64,000 bases of DNA from contig CAVXPZ010000004.1 of assembly GCA_963763775.1 (NCBI GenBank), positions 64,001 through 128,000 on the forward strand, in the 5' to 3' direction. This document shows positions 8,494 to 18,908 of this stretch, one piece after another; within the stretch, counting starts at the first letter, position 1, and every line of letters begins with the position of its first letter. This DNA comes from an uncultured Chloroflexia bacterium (GTDB lineage Bacteria > Chloroflexota > Limnocylindria > Limnocylindrales > CSP1-4). The position numbers and the translations under genes were made by a program. The notes beneath the pieces were generated by a model. The model made no database searches, was not told where the DNA came from, and saw nothing but the letters and a program-made list of their open reading frames with translations.

Positions 8494-9330
8494 CTAGCTG
8501 GAGGCGGCCTCGCCGCCGGGAAGGGCGTGGAGCGTGGGCGTCGAGATCCGGGCGCGGTGCCGGAGGTCGAATCGGTACCCGGCCGGCAGGGAGTGCAGCA
8601 CGACGCCGCTGATCATGAGCGGCCGGTGGCCGCGGACCTCCCACGCGTCGGTCTCGGATTGGGCGCCGTCGACGACGGTGATCGAGCCGCGGCCGATGAC
8701 TTCGAGGATGCCGTCCGGGCCGACCACGCCGGCCGTGTCCTCGTCCACGCCGAGGCCGAGCAGCGACGGGTTCTGGGCGATCAGGCTCAGCAGGCGGCCC
8801 AGCCGGTTCCGCTGCTGGAAGTGCTGGTCGACGATGACGCCGGGCAGCACCCCGAGCCCGGCGGAGATCTGCGCCATCCGGTGCTTTGGCGTCGCGCCCG
8901 ACGCGCCGAACGCGATCATGTGGCTCGACATCGCGGAGGCGCCGGCGGACGTCCCCGCCACCACGGCGCCGTGGCGGAACCGTTCCAGGATCGCATCGGC
9001 CAGCCGCGTGCCGCCGATCGTGGACGACAGTCGGAGCTGGTTCCCGCCGGTGAGGAAGATGCCGGTCGCATCGCGCACGGCCAGGGCGGCGTCCGGGTCG
9101 TTCGCCTGCGGGCGGGTCACGGCGTGGAGGAGCTTGACCCGCGTCACGCCGAGTTCCGCGAACACAGCCTTGTACCGCTCGCCTGCCTCGAGCCCCAGCG
9201 ACGAGGCGGTCGAGATGACGGCGATCGTGGCATCGACGCCGCCCGCGAGCGCGACGAACCGGCTGAGGATGACCCGATCCCGGACCTTGTCCTCTGCGCC
9301 GCCGATGATGATGACGGTCCCTTCGGCCAC
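8494..9330 (-). CDS. cphB: Cyanophycinase
   Basis: IIGGAEDK, GGNQLRL, GTSAGA (Ser), DQHFQQRNRLGRL (His), GVDEDT (Glu); lies just upstream of cphA. Confidence 0.95.
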   Translation of the reverse strand: MAEGTVIIIGGAEDKVRDRVILSRFVALAGGVDATIAVISTASSLGLEAGERYKAVFAELGVTRVKLLHAVTRPQANDPDAALAVRDATGIFLTGGNQLRLSSTIGGTRLADAILERFRHGAVVAGTSAGASAMSSHMIAFGASGATPKHRMAQISAGLGVLPGVIVDQHFQQRNRLGRLLSLIAQNPSLLGLGVDEDTAGVVGPDGILEVIGRGSITVVDGAQSETDAWEVRGHRPLMISGVVLHSLPAGYRFDLRHRARISTPTLHALPGGEAASS

Positions 9331-9427
9331 GAGCTCCACGTGCTTCGGCGTTCGTTGGCGGTGAGGATACCGCCTCGAAGCCGACCGCCGCCGAACGGCT
9401 GACCGTCCGTGCGAGAATCCGCGTGCC

Positions 9428-10397
9428 ATGGCCGACGACGACGAGCCAGCCGGACTCCGCCCGATCCCGGGGTCGGCGCGCGGCCGCGGCCGGATCGTCG
9501 TGGACCTGGCCGACATGATCGACCGGCCGACGCGGCGTCGGGCCGGGGTCTTTCGTCGAGCGCTCCGACGCGAGGTGTCGCGACTCCACGACCCGCGGCG
9601 GATCGCGGCGATCGTGCTGCTGAGCCTCACGTTCGCGATGCTCGTCTCGGGGATGATCGCCCGCGGTGACGCGGGCGGCGCGGACGCCCGGGCGTATTGG
9701 GCCGGGGTCCGGATCTGGCTCAACGGCGGCGACCCGTACCACCCGACGGGGCCGTTCCTCCCGTACGTCTACGCCCCGTGGATGCTGCCGCTGTTCGCGC
9801 CCTGGGCGGTCCTGCCGTGGGATGTGGCCTGGTTCGTCTGGCGAGGCGGCACGATCCTGCTCCTGCTCTGGACGATCCACTGGGCGTACCGTCGCCGACC
9901 GTTGACCACGGCCGTGATCTTCGCGGTCCTCGCGTTCCCCTTCGGCGCGAACCTCGACACCGGGAACATCAACCTCCAGCTCACCCTGATGCTCTGGGCC
10001 GCCAACTTCACCGGCCCGCGGCTGGGCGGGCTCCTGTGGGCGCTCGCGACGTGGATGAAGTGGATCCCCGGTGATCTTCTGGCCGGTCCTGTCGCGCCCG
10101 GCGAAGGTCTGGGGGCTGGGCTGGCTGGCGGTCTCCATCGCCTTGAGCGTGGCCACGCTCCCGCTGACGATCATCCAGCTCCAGGTCCTGTTCGGGTTCG
10201 GGGCGCGACCGGTCCGCCTCGACTACCTCGTCTATCTCTGGGCCTTCGTCCCGTGGCTCTACCGACGGCCCGACCCGTTCGACTTCCTTCGTCCTGCCAC
10301 CTGGCGTCGCTGGGCGACGGCCCGGAGGCGACGCGGAGCGGCGGACCCGGCGGCGTCCCCCGACCCGGCGGAACCGAGTCAGGGCGCGGTCGTCTAG
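9428..10397 (+). CDS. GT87/DUF2029-like membrane glycosyltransferase (frameshift near 10070)
   Basis: DARAYW, PYVYAPW, GNIN and MKWIP motifs; continues in ORF 10071..10397. Confidence 0.75.
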
Positions 10398-11746
10398 GTC
10401 GCCGGTGCGGCGGTCGCCGGGGCCGCCACGAGGTCCTCGATATCCTCGCGCCGGCGCTGGTCGACGGGCCGGAGCAGGGCCGCCGCGACGATGAACAGGA
10501 CGATGCCGATCATCAGGGCGGCCCTTGGCCCCGCGCCCGACTCGTCGACCCCGCCGACGATGTCGATGACCGGTCCGCCGATGATCAACGCGAAGGCGCC
10601 GGCCGAGGCCGTCGCGACGTTGCTCATCCCCATGTACCGGCCCGACGCGGCCTTGGGGATGATGTCGGTCATCAGCGCCCAGTCGACCGCGAGGAACGCG
10701 CCCGCGCCGATCCCGACGCAGAGGATGCCGGCTTCCGCGACCGGCAGGCTCGGTGCGACCGTGAGGATCGTCATGCCCACCGCCCCGAGCACGCACGCGG
10801 CGTAGATGACGGCCTTGCGGCCGACGCGATCGGAGAGCTTCGCGGCCGGAAGGGACGTGATCACGATGGCGATCGCGATGATCACGGCGGTGATCTTCAC
10901 CCACAATCCCTTCTCGTCGTCGGAGAGGCCCATGGACCGGCCGAGGTACAGCACGCTCAGCCCGGAGATCATCGAGACGCCGGTCAGGAAGAACAGCCGG
11001 GAGGCCACGAGCCAGACATAGCTGCGCTCCTTGAGGATGTCCGTGCCCCATGCCTCGGCGGCCACGGAGCCCCAGCCACGGCCCTCGCGGTCGCGAGCCT
11101 GCCGGCCTTCCCGGACCCACAGCACCGTGCCGACCATCGTCAGGAACTCGACGACACCCACGGCGATGAGGGGCACGGTGAAGTCCGGCGGCGTCGACGA
11201 GTAGCCGACCGAGGCGATCGCGATGCCGCCGACGTTGCCGAGGATCGACATGATCCCGACGAGGGCGCTGGCGAGCGCCACCTGCTGGGCGCCGACGAGG
11301 TCGGGGATGTAGCCCTGGAACGGACCCTGGGCGAAGTTCGAGCTGAACTGGAGCAGGACCACGAACGCCATCACGGCGAAGAACGTCTGCGACGTGGCGA
11401 TGCCGACCAGGAAGACCACGTCGAGCGTCGCCCCGATCGCGATGTACGGCTTGCGCCGTCCCCAGCGGCTCATCGTGTAGTCGCTGATGTTGCCGACCGT
11501 GGGCTGGACGACGATCGCGATCATGACGGCGGCGACCTTGATGACCGCGATGGCCGTGCCGCCGGTCCCTTGCGCCACGAGGTCCGGGACGCGCTCCTGG
11601 AGGATCACCCCATCCAGGGCGCCCCAGATCGCGTTGATCCCGAACCAGTAGATGGAGATCTGGAAGAGCTGGCGCAGCGGGAGCAGGGCCGTCGGGCGGC
11701 CGTCCGCGCCGAACGCGCTGGTCGCGGTGGCACTCGGGCTGTGCAT
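10394..11746 (-). CDS. MFS transporter
   Basis: About 12 TM segments; SDYTMSRWGRRKPY and LSDRVGRK loop motifs. Confidence 0.92.
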   Translation of the reverse strand: MHSPSATATSAFGADGRPTALLPLRQLFQISIYWFGINAIWGALDGVILQERVPDLVAQGTGGTAIAVIKVAAVMIAIVVQPTVGNISDYTMSRWGRRKPYIAIGATLDVVFLVGIATSQTFFAVMAFVVLLQFSSNFAQGPFQGYIPDLVGAQQVALASALVGIMSILGNVGGIAIASVGYSSTPPDFTVPLIAVGVVEFLTMVGTVLWVREGRQARDREGRGWGSVAAEAWGTDILKERSYVWLVASRLFFLTGVSMISGLSVLYLGRSMGLSDDEKGLWVKITAVIIAIAIVITSLPAAKLSDRVGRKAVIYAACVLGAVGMTILTVAPSLPVAEAGILCVGIGAGAFLAVDWALMTDIIPKAASGRYMGMSNVATASAGAFALIIGGPVIDIVGGVDESGAGPRAALMIGIVLFIVAAALLRPVDQRRREDIEDLVAAPATAAPAT

Positions 11747-11781
11747 CCGACCTCTCCGTCTAGCGGTCGCTGCGGGACATC

Positions 11782-12499
11782 CTACGCTTCGGGTATGGGC
11801 GTCCCGTCACGACCGAGGGCGACCGTCCGATGCAGGCCCACCAGACGACGGGCGGTCGCACCGGGAGCGACGAACCGGAAGAGCGATCGATCGAGGGAGT
11901 AGATCCCGGTCGAGACGACGCCGATCCGGCCCAGGGCGAAGGAGAACACCGGGTTCTCGCCGTTGCCCGCGTAGTGATACGGGGTCCCGTCGCCGGCGAG
12001 GACGGCAAGGTTCGCCTGGCCGCCGAACCGGTCGTGCAGCGCCCCCAGCAGGTGCGGGACGGGCTCGCCCCCGTGCCACGCATCCTCGAGCCAGCGCGCG
12101 CCGACCTCGGTGTCGGCCCGGCCGTGGATCCGGCCCTGCCCCCGGTACATCGGGCGGAGCGACTGGTAGTCCCGCAGGTCGCCGTTGTGGCTGAACGAGA
12201 ACCGGCCAGCCGGATCGTCGAACGGCTGCGTGTCGGGCAGGGTGAGCGTCGAGAGCCGCGACGGGCGGCGCAGGTGGACCAGCGCGGAGGTCGTCTCGAC
12301 GGCTCCGACGGTCGTTCCGGCCCGGATCTTCGCGGAACGCGCGCACGTCGCGGTACGACCGGATCTCGCCACGCTCGTCCAGCCATGCCGCGCCCCACCC
12401 GAACCCGGCGATCCCGAACCGCTCCAGCTTCTCGGCGAAGGGCCACAGGTCGTCGAGCCGGAACGGTTCCGCGGCGCGGACGATGAAGTGCTCGCACAT
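11782..12499 (-). CDS. Class II glutamine amidotransferase-like Ntn protein (frameshift near 12320)
   Basis: Met-Cys start, GWG, HLRR, DTQPF, HNG and DTE motifs split over ORFs 11807..12499 and 11782..12783; TATCAT 8 nt before the ATG. Confidence 0.75.
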
Positions 12500-12545
12500 G
12501 GCTCGCGATGATACCCGCGACGTCGGCCGCTGCGACGACGACCCG

Positions 12546-12824
12546 CTAGCCGTGGATCGCCGACTCGTACTCGGGGAAGTAGCGGCCGATGACCGGCAGG
12601 TCGAAGGTCGTGAGGATCGAGGTCTTCGGCTCGCGCGCGAGCAGGAACCGGAACGAGCGGAGCACGAGCTCGTGCGGGTCGCGGTCGCCGGGCGACAGGC
12701 GGGCCAGGTCGGCGTCGGTCAGGCCCACCACATGACGCGACGAGGAGCCGTCGTCGTCGGCCACGACGACATCGCACGTCCACTGCCCGTCGGCGCGGGT
12801 GCAGGTCACATCGAGCTCGGTCAT
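12546..12824 (-). CDS. Conserved-looking hypothetical protein (92 aa)
   Basis: MTELDVTC...SFRFLLAREPKTSIL..FDL.VIGRYFPEYE; ATGA overlap with the nei stop codon. Confidence 0.75.
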   Translation of the reverse strand: MTELDVTCTRADGQWTCDVVVADDDGSSSRHVVGLTDADLARLSPGDRDPHELVLRSFRFLLAREPKTSILTTFDLPVIGRYFPEYESAIHG

Positions 12825-13646
12825 CGGTCGGCGGCTCCCTGGCAGGTCGGGCACCAGTAGGTGGTTCGCGGCAGGTCCGTGCCCTGCCGGGCGGAGCGGA
12901 TCGGCGTCTGGCAGCGGCGGCATCGGCGCCCGGTGCGGCCGTAGACGTAGAGCGGACCCGGGCGCGGCGCGATCGCCCGCGGTCGTGACGCGCTCCGGCC
13001 CGCGCGTCGGACCGACGTTGGCGAGCAGCAGGCGTCGTGCGGTGGCGATCAGCCGCTCGAGCGCGTCGTCGTCGAGGTCACGGACCAGCGCGAACGGCGA
13101 CACCCGCTCGAGCCAGAGGACCTCGCTCTTGTACACGTTGCCGATGCCCGCGAGCGCCCGCTGGTCCACCAGGGCGACCGCGACCGCTGTCGCGGCCCGC
13201 GACGGGTCTCGAAGGCGGCGAAGGGCTTCGGCCGCGTCGAACTCGGACGCGAGAAGATCCGGCCCGAGCTGCCCCAGCGACGGGTGGATCGATGCGGCGC
13301 GGGTCTCGAACAACTCGACGACCGGCGCATCGAAGCAGACCGCCACCGCACCTGGGACTTCGAGGACGAGTCGTGCCCGGGACGGCGGGCGGCGCCATCG
13401 CTCGCCCGGGCGATAGCGATGCCACGAACCGTTCATCCGCAGGTGCGTCCGGATCTCCAGCCCGCCGTCGAACCGGATGAGGAGGTTCTTGCCGTGCGCT
13501 TCCACGGCGTCGATACGGCGGCCGACCACCCGCTGGACCTGCGGGACCGGTCCCGGGCCGTTGGCGCGCGCCGCGGTCACCGCCCGCCCGACCAGGAACG
13601 GCCGGAGTCCGGCCGCGGTCCGGAAGAGCGTGTCGCCCTCAGGCAC
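12821..13646 (-). CDS. nei: Fpg/Nei family DNA glycosylase, Nei2-like (frameshift near 12955)
   Basis: PEGDT N-terminus, GKNL, HLRMNGSW, AGIGNVYKSE; the alternative frame gives the zinc finger YVYGRTGRPCRRC...YWCPTCQ. Confidence 0.9.
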
Positions 13647-16600
13647 GGCCGCGCAGGACCAGACCGCGGTAGCCCGGCACGAACCCGGCCTCGACGAGGC
13701 GGTCGCGGAACGGCGAATCCGCCACGGGCAGACCATCGACCTTCTTGAGCACGAGCTCCCGGATCCGCCCGTCGACGACGAGCTGACCGAGCGCCCGGCT
13801 GGCCGCCGTCGCCATCCCGGGGTCGTCGGCCGGCGCAAGGGTCTGGAGCGTGGCCCCGCCTCGCTCCAGGTACAGCACGGCGAGCCCGTCGACCAGGACC
13901 GCGTAGGCGCCGGCGGCCCGCTGGATCGGGCGACGGTCGCGGTCGTCGCGCCGGGGCCAGGCGAGCGCGGCGCCGTAGGGCTGGGCCGGGTCCGCGGCCG
14001 CGAGGACGTACGTGCCCCGGGCCTCTCCCTCGCCCGCCGGCTCGCGGACGGCCCGCAGCCGGTCCAATGCCCCGGCGAGCGCGAACTGCGCGGCCCCGAG
14101 CCCGTCGACGAAGTAGCCGCGTCGGATCCGTCCGGCGTCCTCGAGGGCCCGGAGGACCGGGTAGACGGCGCTGAACCCGCCCTCGAGACCTTCGGCCGCG
14201 ACGGATTCGCGGGTGAGCACGCCATACCGCTCGAGCAGCGCGAGGGACTGGGCGTGGAGCCGCTCCGTCGGGGTCGCCGTCGGCGGCTCCACCACGGACC
14301 AGCGGCCCGCTGCCTCGGGCGGACCCAGCGACGTCAGACGGCCGGGCCGCGGTCGTCGTGGACCACTTCCGCTCCCCGATCGCTTCCAACGAAGGGCCCG
14401 AAGCGGCGCGAACGTGTCGTTGGTGACCTCGCCGGCCCACACGAGATCCCACAGGGCATCGAGGACCTCGCGATCGGGCCCGCCACCGGCCGCCGCGTGG
14501 ACCTCCCGGTAGAACGAGGCGCCGCGCCGGGCCAGATGCTCGCGGATCGCGTCATGGCGGACGCCGTCAGGGCGCTCGACGTCGGGCGGCGGACCGGCCG
14601 GTCGCAGCGCATCGCGGCCGGGTCGCACGAGCGCCACGCGACCGTCATCGCGTCCGAGGCTTCCCCGCCCCACCCACGTGACCTCGCCCAGCGAGCCCAG
14701 CTCGTCGAGCAGTCGCGGCTGGTACCCGGGCACGCGGGCCGGGAGCACGTCACGCTCCAGCACCGAGGCCGGGATCGCCATCCCGGCAAGCTGGTCCACG
14801 ACCTCCGCGAGGCGCTCGAGGGCCGCGGTGCCACGGACCGGCGTTTCGGCACGGCCCAGTGGGACGATGCCGTGCCATTCGGGGAGGAAGCGCGCCAGCG
14901 CGGCCGGGTCGACCGGCTCCACCTCGCGGCGGAGGCGCGCCAGGGAGCGGCGACGGAGCAGCCGCAGGACGTCCGGATCGCACCACTCACGCTCCGCGCC
15001 ACCCGGCCGGAACTCGCCGCGAAGGACCGTCCCGGCCGCGAGCAGCCGTTCGAGGGCATCCTCGACGATCCCCATCGGCAGGCCCCAGCGAGCCGCCGGC
15101 TCGGGCGTGAGGAACGGGCCGTGGCCGCGCGCCCAGCGCGCCAGCAACCCGTCGAGCGCGCCGCTGACGGGCGCGAGGAAGGCCTCCGGCACACCGACCG
15201 GCGGCGAGATCCCGACGCCGTCCCGATACCGGGCGGCGTCCTCGATCGCGATCCAGCGTTCCTCGCCGGCGATGCGTGTCCGGACCACGCGGCGCGCGCC
15301 CGCCAGGTCGTCCAGCCAGCCGTCGGCCGCCGCACGGCCGCCCTCGACGCGCGCCGGCACCTCGTCCGCCGACAGGTCGCCCAGGCGTCGGAGCAGGTCG
15401 TGGAGTTGGTCCGCGGTCGTGGCACGCCGGTCGTCGGTGAGCCCCTGGAGTGAGAGCTCGAGGTCCGCGAGGGCGTCGGGATCGAGCAGCTCGCGCAGCT
15501 CCTCCTGGCCGAGCAGCTCGCGCAGGAGGTCGCGGTCGAGGGTCAGGGCACCGGCTCGGCGCTCGGCCAGGGGGGTGTCGCCGTCGTACATGTAGGCCGC
15601 GACGTAGTCGAAGAGCAGGCTTCCGGCGAACGGGCTCGCGCGGAGCGTCTCCACGGAGTGGACCGCGATCTCCCGGCTCGCGACGCCACTCAGCACCTCG
15701 CGCAGGGCCGGGAGGTCGAAGACGTCCGACAGGCACTCGCGGTAGGTCTCGACGAGGATCGGGAAGCTGCCATAGCGGGACGCGACCGCGAGCAGGTCCG
15801 CGGCTCGCTGGCGCTGCTGCCAGAGCGGTGTCCTCGTTCCTGGCCGACGTCGCGGGAGCAGGAGCGCCCGGCCGGCGTTCTCGCGGAACCGGCTGGCGAA
15901 GAGCGACGAGGACGCGACCTGCTCGACGACGAGGTCCTCGATCTCGTCGGCCTCGGGGAAGAGCAGGGCCTCGATCCCATCCAGCGGGGCGTCGCCTTCC
16001 GGCAGCCGGATCGCGATCCCGTCGTCGGACCAGATGGTCTGGACCTCGAGCCCGAGCCGCTCGGCGAGTCGTGCCTCGATCGCCATCGACCAGGGGGCGT
16101 GGACCCGACCGCCGAACGGCGTGAGCAGGCAGATCCGCCAGTCGCCGAGCTCGTCGCGGAAGCGCTCGATGACCACGCGCTTGTCGGTCGGGAGCACGCC
16201 GGTGACCTCGCGTTCGTCGTCGAGGTAGGCGAGGAGGTTGTCGGCGGCTCGTTCGTCGAGGTCGTGCGTCTCGCGGAGCCGGGCCGTGGCCGCTCGGCGG
16301 CCCTTGTCGCCCTTCGCCAGGTCCGCCTCGACCTCGCGGACGAAGGCCCCCATGGCCCGGCCCAGCTCGATGGGCCGCCCGACCGCGTCGCCCTTCCAGA
16401 ACGGCAGCTTGCCCGGTACGCCGGGCGCGGGCGTGACCGTGACGCGGTCGTGGCCGATCTCGTCGACGCGCCAGCTGCTCGCGCCCAGGACGATCACGTC
16501 GCCGTGCATGCCCGCGCGGAGTTCGTACACCATCTCCTCGTCGAGCTCACCGACACGGCGCCCGGGTGTGCCCGCCTCGCCGGCCATGAACACGCCGTAC

Positions 16601-18183
16601 AGGCCTCGGTCGGGGATCGTCCCGCCACTCGTGACCGCCACCACACGCGCGTCTCGCCGGCCTTCGACGACATCGGTCACGCGATCCCAGACGACCCGCG
16701 GCTTCAGCTCCGCGAACTCGTCCGACGGATACGCGCCGGCGAGCATCCCGAGCACGCCCTCGAGCAGGTCGCGCGTCAGCGTCTCGTACGGGGCGGCGCG
16801 CGTGACGGTCGCCAGCAGGTCGGCGACCGACCAGCGGTCCATGACCGTCATCGCGACGAGCTGCTGGGCGAGGACGTCGAGCGGGTTGCGCGGGATGACG
16901 GTCGCCTCGATCGCGCCCTCGTGCATCCGTCGCGTCACGACCGCGCACTCGAGGAGGTCGCCGCGGTACTTCGGGAAGATCACGCCCTTGGACGGGGCGC
17001 CGACCTGGTGCCCGGCCCGGCCGACCCGTTGGAGCCCGCGCGCGACCGAGGTGGGCGATTCGACCTGGATGACGAGGTCGACCGCCCCCATGTCGATGCC
17101 GAGCTCGAGGCTCGACGTGGCGACGAGGGCCGGCAGGCGTCCGGCCTTCAGGTCCTCCTCGATCATCAGGCGCTGCTCGCGCGCGATGCTGCCGTGATGC
17201 GCCTTGACCAGGTCCTCGCCGGCGAGCTCGTTCAGCCGATGCGCCAGCCGTTCGGCGAGGCGGCGACTGTTCGTGAAGACGATCGTGCTCTTGTGCTCGC
17301 GGATGAGCTCCAGGATCCGCGGGTGGATCGCCGGCCAGATGCTGTTGCGCCGATCACCGCCGGTGGCCGGGCCGCCGGGCTGCTCCTCGAGCGGCAGGAT
17401 CTCGCCGATGGCCGACATGTCATCGACGGGGACGATGACCTGCAGCTCGAGCGGCTTGCGCGCCCCGGCGTCGACGATCTGGACATCCCGGCCGGGACCC
17501 ACGCCGCCGAGGAAGCGGGCGATCGCCTCGAGCGGTCGTTGCGTGGCCGACAGCCCGATGCGCTGCATTGGCGGCGCGTCGGCCGTTCGGAGCGCCTCGA
17601 GCCGTTCCAGGCTCAGCGCGAGGTGGGCGCCGCGCTTGGTGCCGGCGATCGCGTGGACCTCGTCGATGATCACGTGCTCGACGCCGCGGAGGATCTCGCG
17701 GGCCGCACTGGTGAGCATCAGGTAGAGCGATTCGGGGGTCGTGATCAGGATGTCCGGCGGGTGCTTGACGAGGTCGCGGCGCTCGTCGGCAGGCGTGTCC
17801 CCCGTTCGGCTCGCGACCGTGATGTGCGGCACCGGCTCGCCGAGACGCTGCGACGCGTGGCCGATCCCCGTCAGCGGCGCTCGCAGGTTCCGCTCGACGT
17901 CGTAGGTCAGGGCCTTGAGCGGCGAGACGTAGAGGACCCGGACGGTGCCGGGGTCCGCGCGGGTGCGCTCGGGCGTCGGGTCGGTCGCCAGTCGATCCAG
18001 CGCCCACAGGAACGCCGCGAGGGTCTTGCCGCTCCCCGTCGGAGCGTGGATCAGCGTGTGGTGGCCCGCCGCGATCGCCGCCCAGCCACGGGCCTGGGCG
18101 TCCGTGGGAGCCTCGAAGCTCGACGCGAACCACTCGCGAACGGGTCGCGAGAACGGAGCCAGCGGGTCGGTGCCGACGGGCAT
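13639..18183 (-). CDS. lhr: Lhr ATP-dependent helicase, long form with C-terminal domain
   Basis: APTGSGKT, SPLKAL, DEVH, GLSAT, HHGS, ELGID and QRVGRAGH motifs; C-terminal RRGYFVDGLGAAQFA and DPAQPYG. Confidence 0.96.
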   Translation of the reverse strand: MPVGTDPLAPFSRPVREWFASSFEAPTDAQARGWAAIAAGHHTLIHAPTGSGKTLAAFLWALDRLATDPTPERTRADPGTVRVLYVSPLKALTYDVERNLRAPLTGIGHASQRLGEPVPHITVASRTGDTPADERRDLVKHPPDILITTPESLYLMLTSAAREILRGVEHVIIDEVHAIAGTKRGAHLALSLERLEALRTADAPPMQRIGLSATQRPLEAIARFLGGVGPGRDVQIVDAGARKPLELQVIVPVDDMSAIGEILPLEEQPGGPATGGDRRNSIWPAIHPRILELIREHKSTIVFTNSRRLAERLAHRLNELAGEDLVKAHHGSIAREQRLMIEEDLKAGRLPALVATSSLELGIDMGAVDLVIQVESPTSVARGLQRVGRAGHQVGAPSKGVIFPKYRGDLLECAVVTRRMHEGAIEATVIPRNPLDVLAQQLVAMTVMDRWSVADLLATVTRAAPYETLTRDLLEGVLGMLAGAYPSDEFAELKPRVVWDRVTDVVEGRRDARVVAVTSGGTIPDRGLYGVFMAGEAGTPGRRVGELDEEMVYELRAGMHGDVIVLGASSWRVDEIGHDRVTVTPAPGVPGKLPFWKGDAVGRPIELGRAMGAFVREVEADLAKGDKGRRAATARLRETHDLDERAADNLLAYLDDEREVTGVLPTDKRVVIERFRDELGDWRICLLTPFGGRVHAPWSMAIEARLAERLGLEVQTIWSDDGIAIRLPEGDAPLDGIEALLFPEADEIEDLVVEQVASSSLFASRFRENAGRALLLPRRRPGTRTPLWQQRQRAADLLAVASRYGSFPILVETYRECLSDVFDLPALREVLSGVASREIAVHSVETLRASPFAGSLLFDYVAAYMYDGDTPLAERRAGALTLDRDLLRELLGQEELRELLDPDALADLELSLQGLTDDRRATTADQLHDLLRRLGDLSADEVPARVEGGRAAADGWLDDLAGARRVVRTRIAGEERWIAIEDAARYRDGVGISPPVGVPEAFLAPVSGALDGLLARWARGHGPFLTPEPAARWGLPMGIVEDALERLLAAGTVLRGEFRPGGAEREWCDPDVLRLLRRRSLARLRREVEPVDPAALARFLPEWHGIVPLGRAETPVRGTAALERLAEVVDQLAGMAIPASVLERDVLPARVPGYQPRLLDELGSLGEVTWVGRGSLGRDDGRVALVRPGRDALRPAGPPPDVERPDGVRHDAIREHLARRGASFYREVHAAAGGGPDREVLDALWDLVWAGEVTNDTFAPLRALRWKRSGSGSGPRRPRPGRLTSLGPPEAAGRWSVVEPPTATPTERLHAQSLALLERYGVLTRESVAAEGLEGGFSAVYPVLRALEDAGRIRRGYFVDGLGAAQFALAGALDRLRAVREPAGEGEARGTYVLAAADPAQPYGAALAWPRRDDRDRRPIQRAAGAYAVLVDGLAVLYLERGGATLQTLAPADDPGMATAASRALGQLVVDGRIRELVLKKVDGLPVADSPFRDRLVEAGFVPGYRGLVLRGRA

Positions 18184-18204
18184 GGTCGCGGTCACGGGAC
18201 CGGC

Positions 18205-18242
18205 AGTATAGGCCGGGCCGACCATTTCGACCAGATGTTCTA
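18205..18242 (-). promoter_or_regulatory. lhr promoter with LexA (GAAC-N4-GTTC-type) box over the -35 region
   Basis: Minus strand taGAACatctGGTCga at 18227-18242 (1 mismatch); -10 TATACT at 18205-18210. Confidence 0.6.
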
Positions 18243-18836
18243 TTCCGGTCGCTCGCCGGCGGGGCACGCCGGGCTCAGGCCGCAGGCGTACCGCAGGTAG
18301 ACGACGCCCGAGTCGAACGTCCGAGCCTCGACCAGCGTGAGGGCGATGCGCTCGTCGAGCGGCGGGAAGAAGCGCGTCCCGGCGCCGAGGATGACGGGGT
18401 TGACGTAGACGCGGAACTCGTCGACGAGACCGGCCTCGATGAGGGTGGAGGCCAGGGTCGGCCCGCCGACGCCCATGTCGAACCCCGGCTGCGCCTTCAG
18501 GCGCGCGACCTCGGCGACCGCGTCGCCGCGGACCAGCCGGCTGTTCCATTCCACGCGCTCGAGCGTCGTCGAGAACACCACCTTCGGCGTCATCCGCCAG
18601 ATCTCAGCGAACTCGAGCATGGCCGGCGTGGCGGCCGGGTCGGACGCGGCCGTCGGCCAGTAGCCGGTCATCAGCTCGTACAGCCGCCGGCCGTAGAGGA
18701 ACGTTCGCATCTCGCGGGCTTCCGCGTTGAAGACTCGATGGAGCTCCTCGTCGACGTGCACCCAATCGAGCGACCGGCTCGGCGTCTCGACGTACCCGTC
18801 GAGCGACACCGACATCGAGAAAACGAGCTTGCCCAT
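18240..18836 (-). CDS. Dihydrofolate reductase-like (RibD C-terminal) protein
   Basis: SVSLDGYV, GRRLYE, PKVVFSTTL, GGPTLA, GLVDE and PVILGAG motifs. Confidence 0.9.
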   Translation of the reverse strand: MGKLVFSMSVSLDGYVETPSRSLDWVHVDEELHRVFNAEAREMRTFLYGRRLYELMTGYWPTAASDPAATPAMLEFAEIWRMTPKVVFSTTLERVEWNSRLVRGDAVAEVARLKAQPGFDMGVGGPTLASTLIEAGLVDEFRVYVNPVILGAGTRFFPPLDERIALTLVEARTFDSGVVYLRYACGLSPACPAGERPE

Positions 18837-18908
18837 GCCGACGATCGTACCCGGCGGCCGGCAGCCGGGTGGGTCCGACAGGATCCGGGCCGGTTTGGCG
18901 ATGGTTGA

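Noticed and set aside
5160-8612. Long antisense or off-frame ORFs (e.g. 5160..8612 +, 15658..18300 +, 28838..31654 +, 48333..50585 -)
   Set aside because: These are shadow ORFs typical of high-GC DNA: Arg/Gly/Pro-rich, motif-free and fully overlapping well-supported genes.
12546-14225. Apparent fusion of Nei glycosylase with the downstream small protein in one 559-aa ORF
   Set aside because: The Nei zinc finger lies in another frame ending at 12821, so an indel near 12955 explains the fusion.
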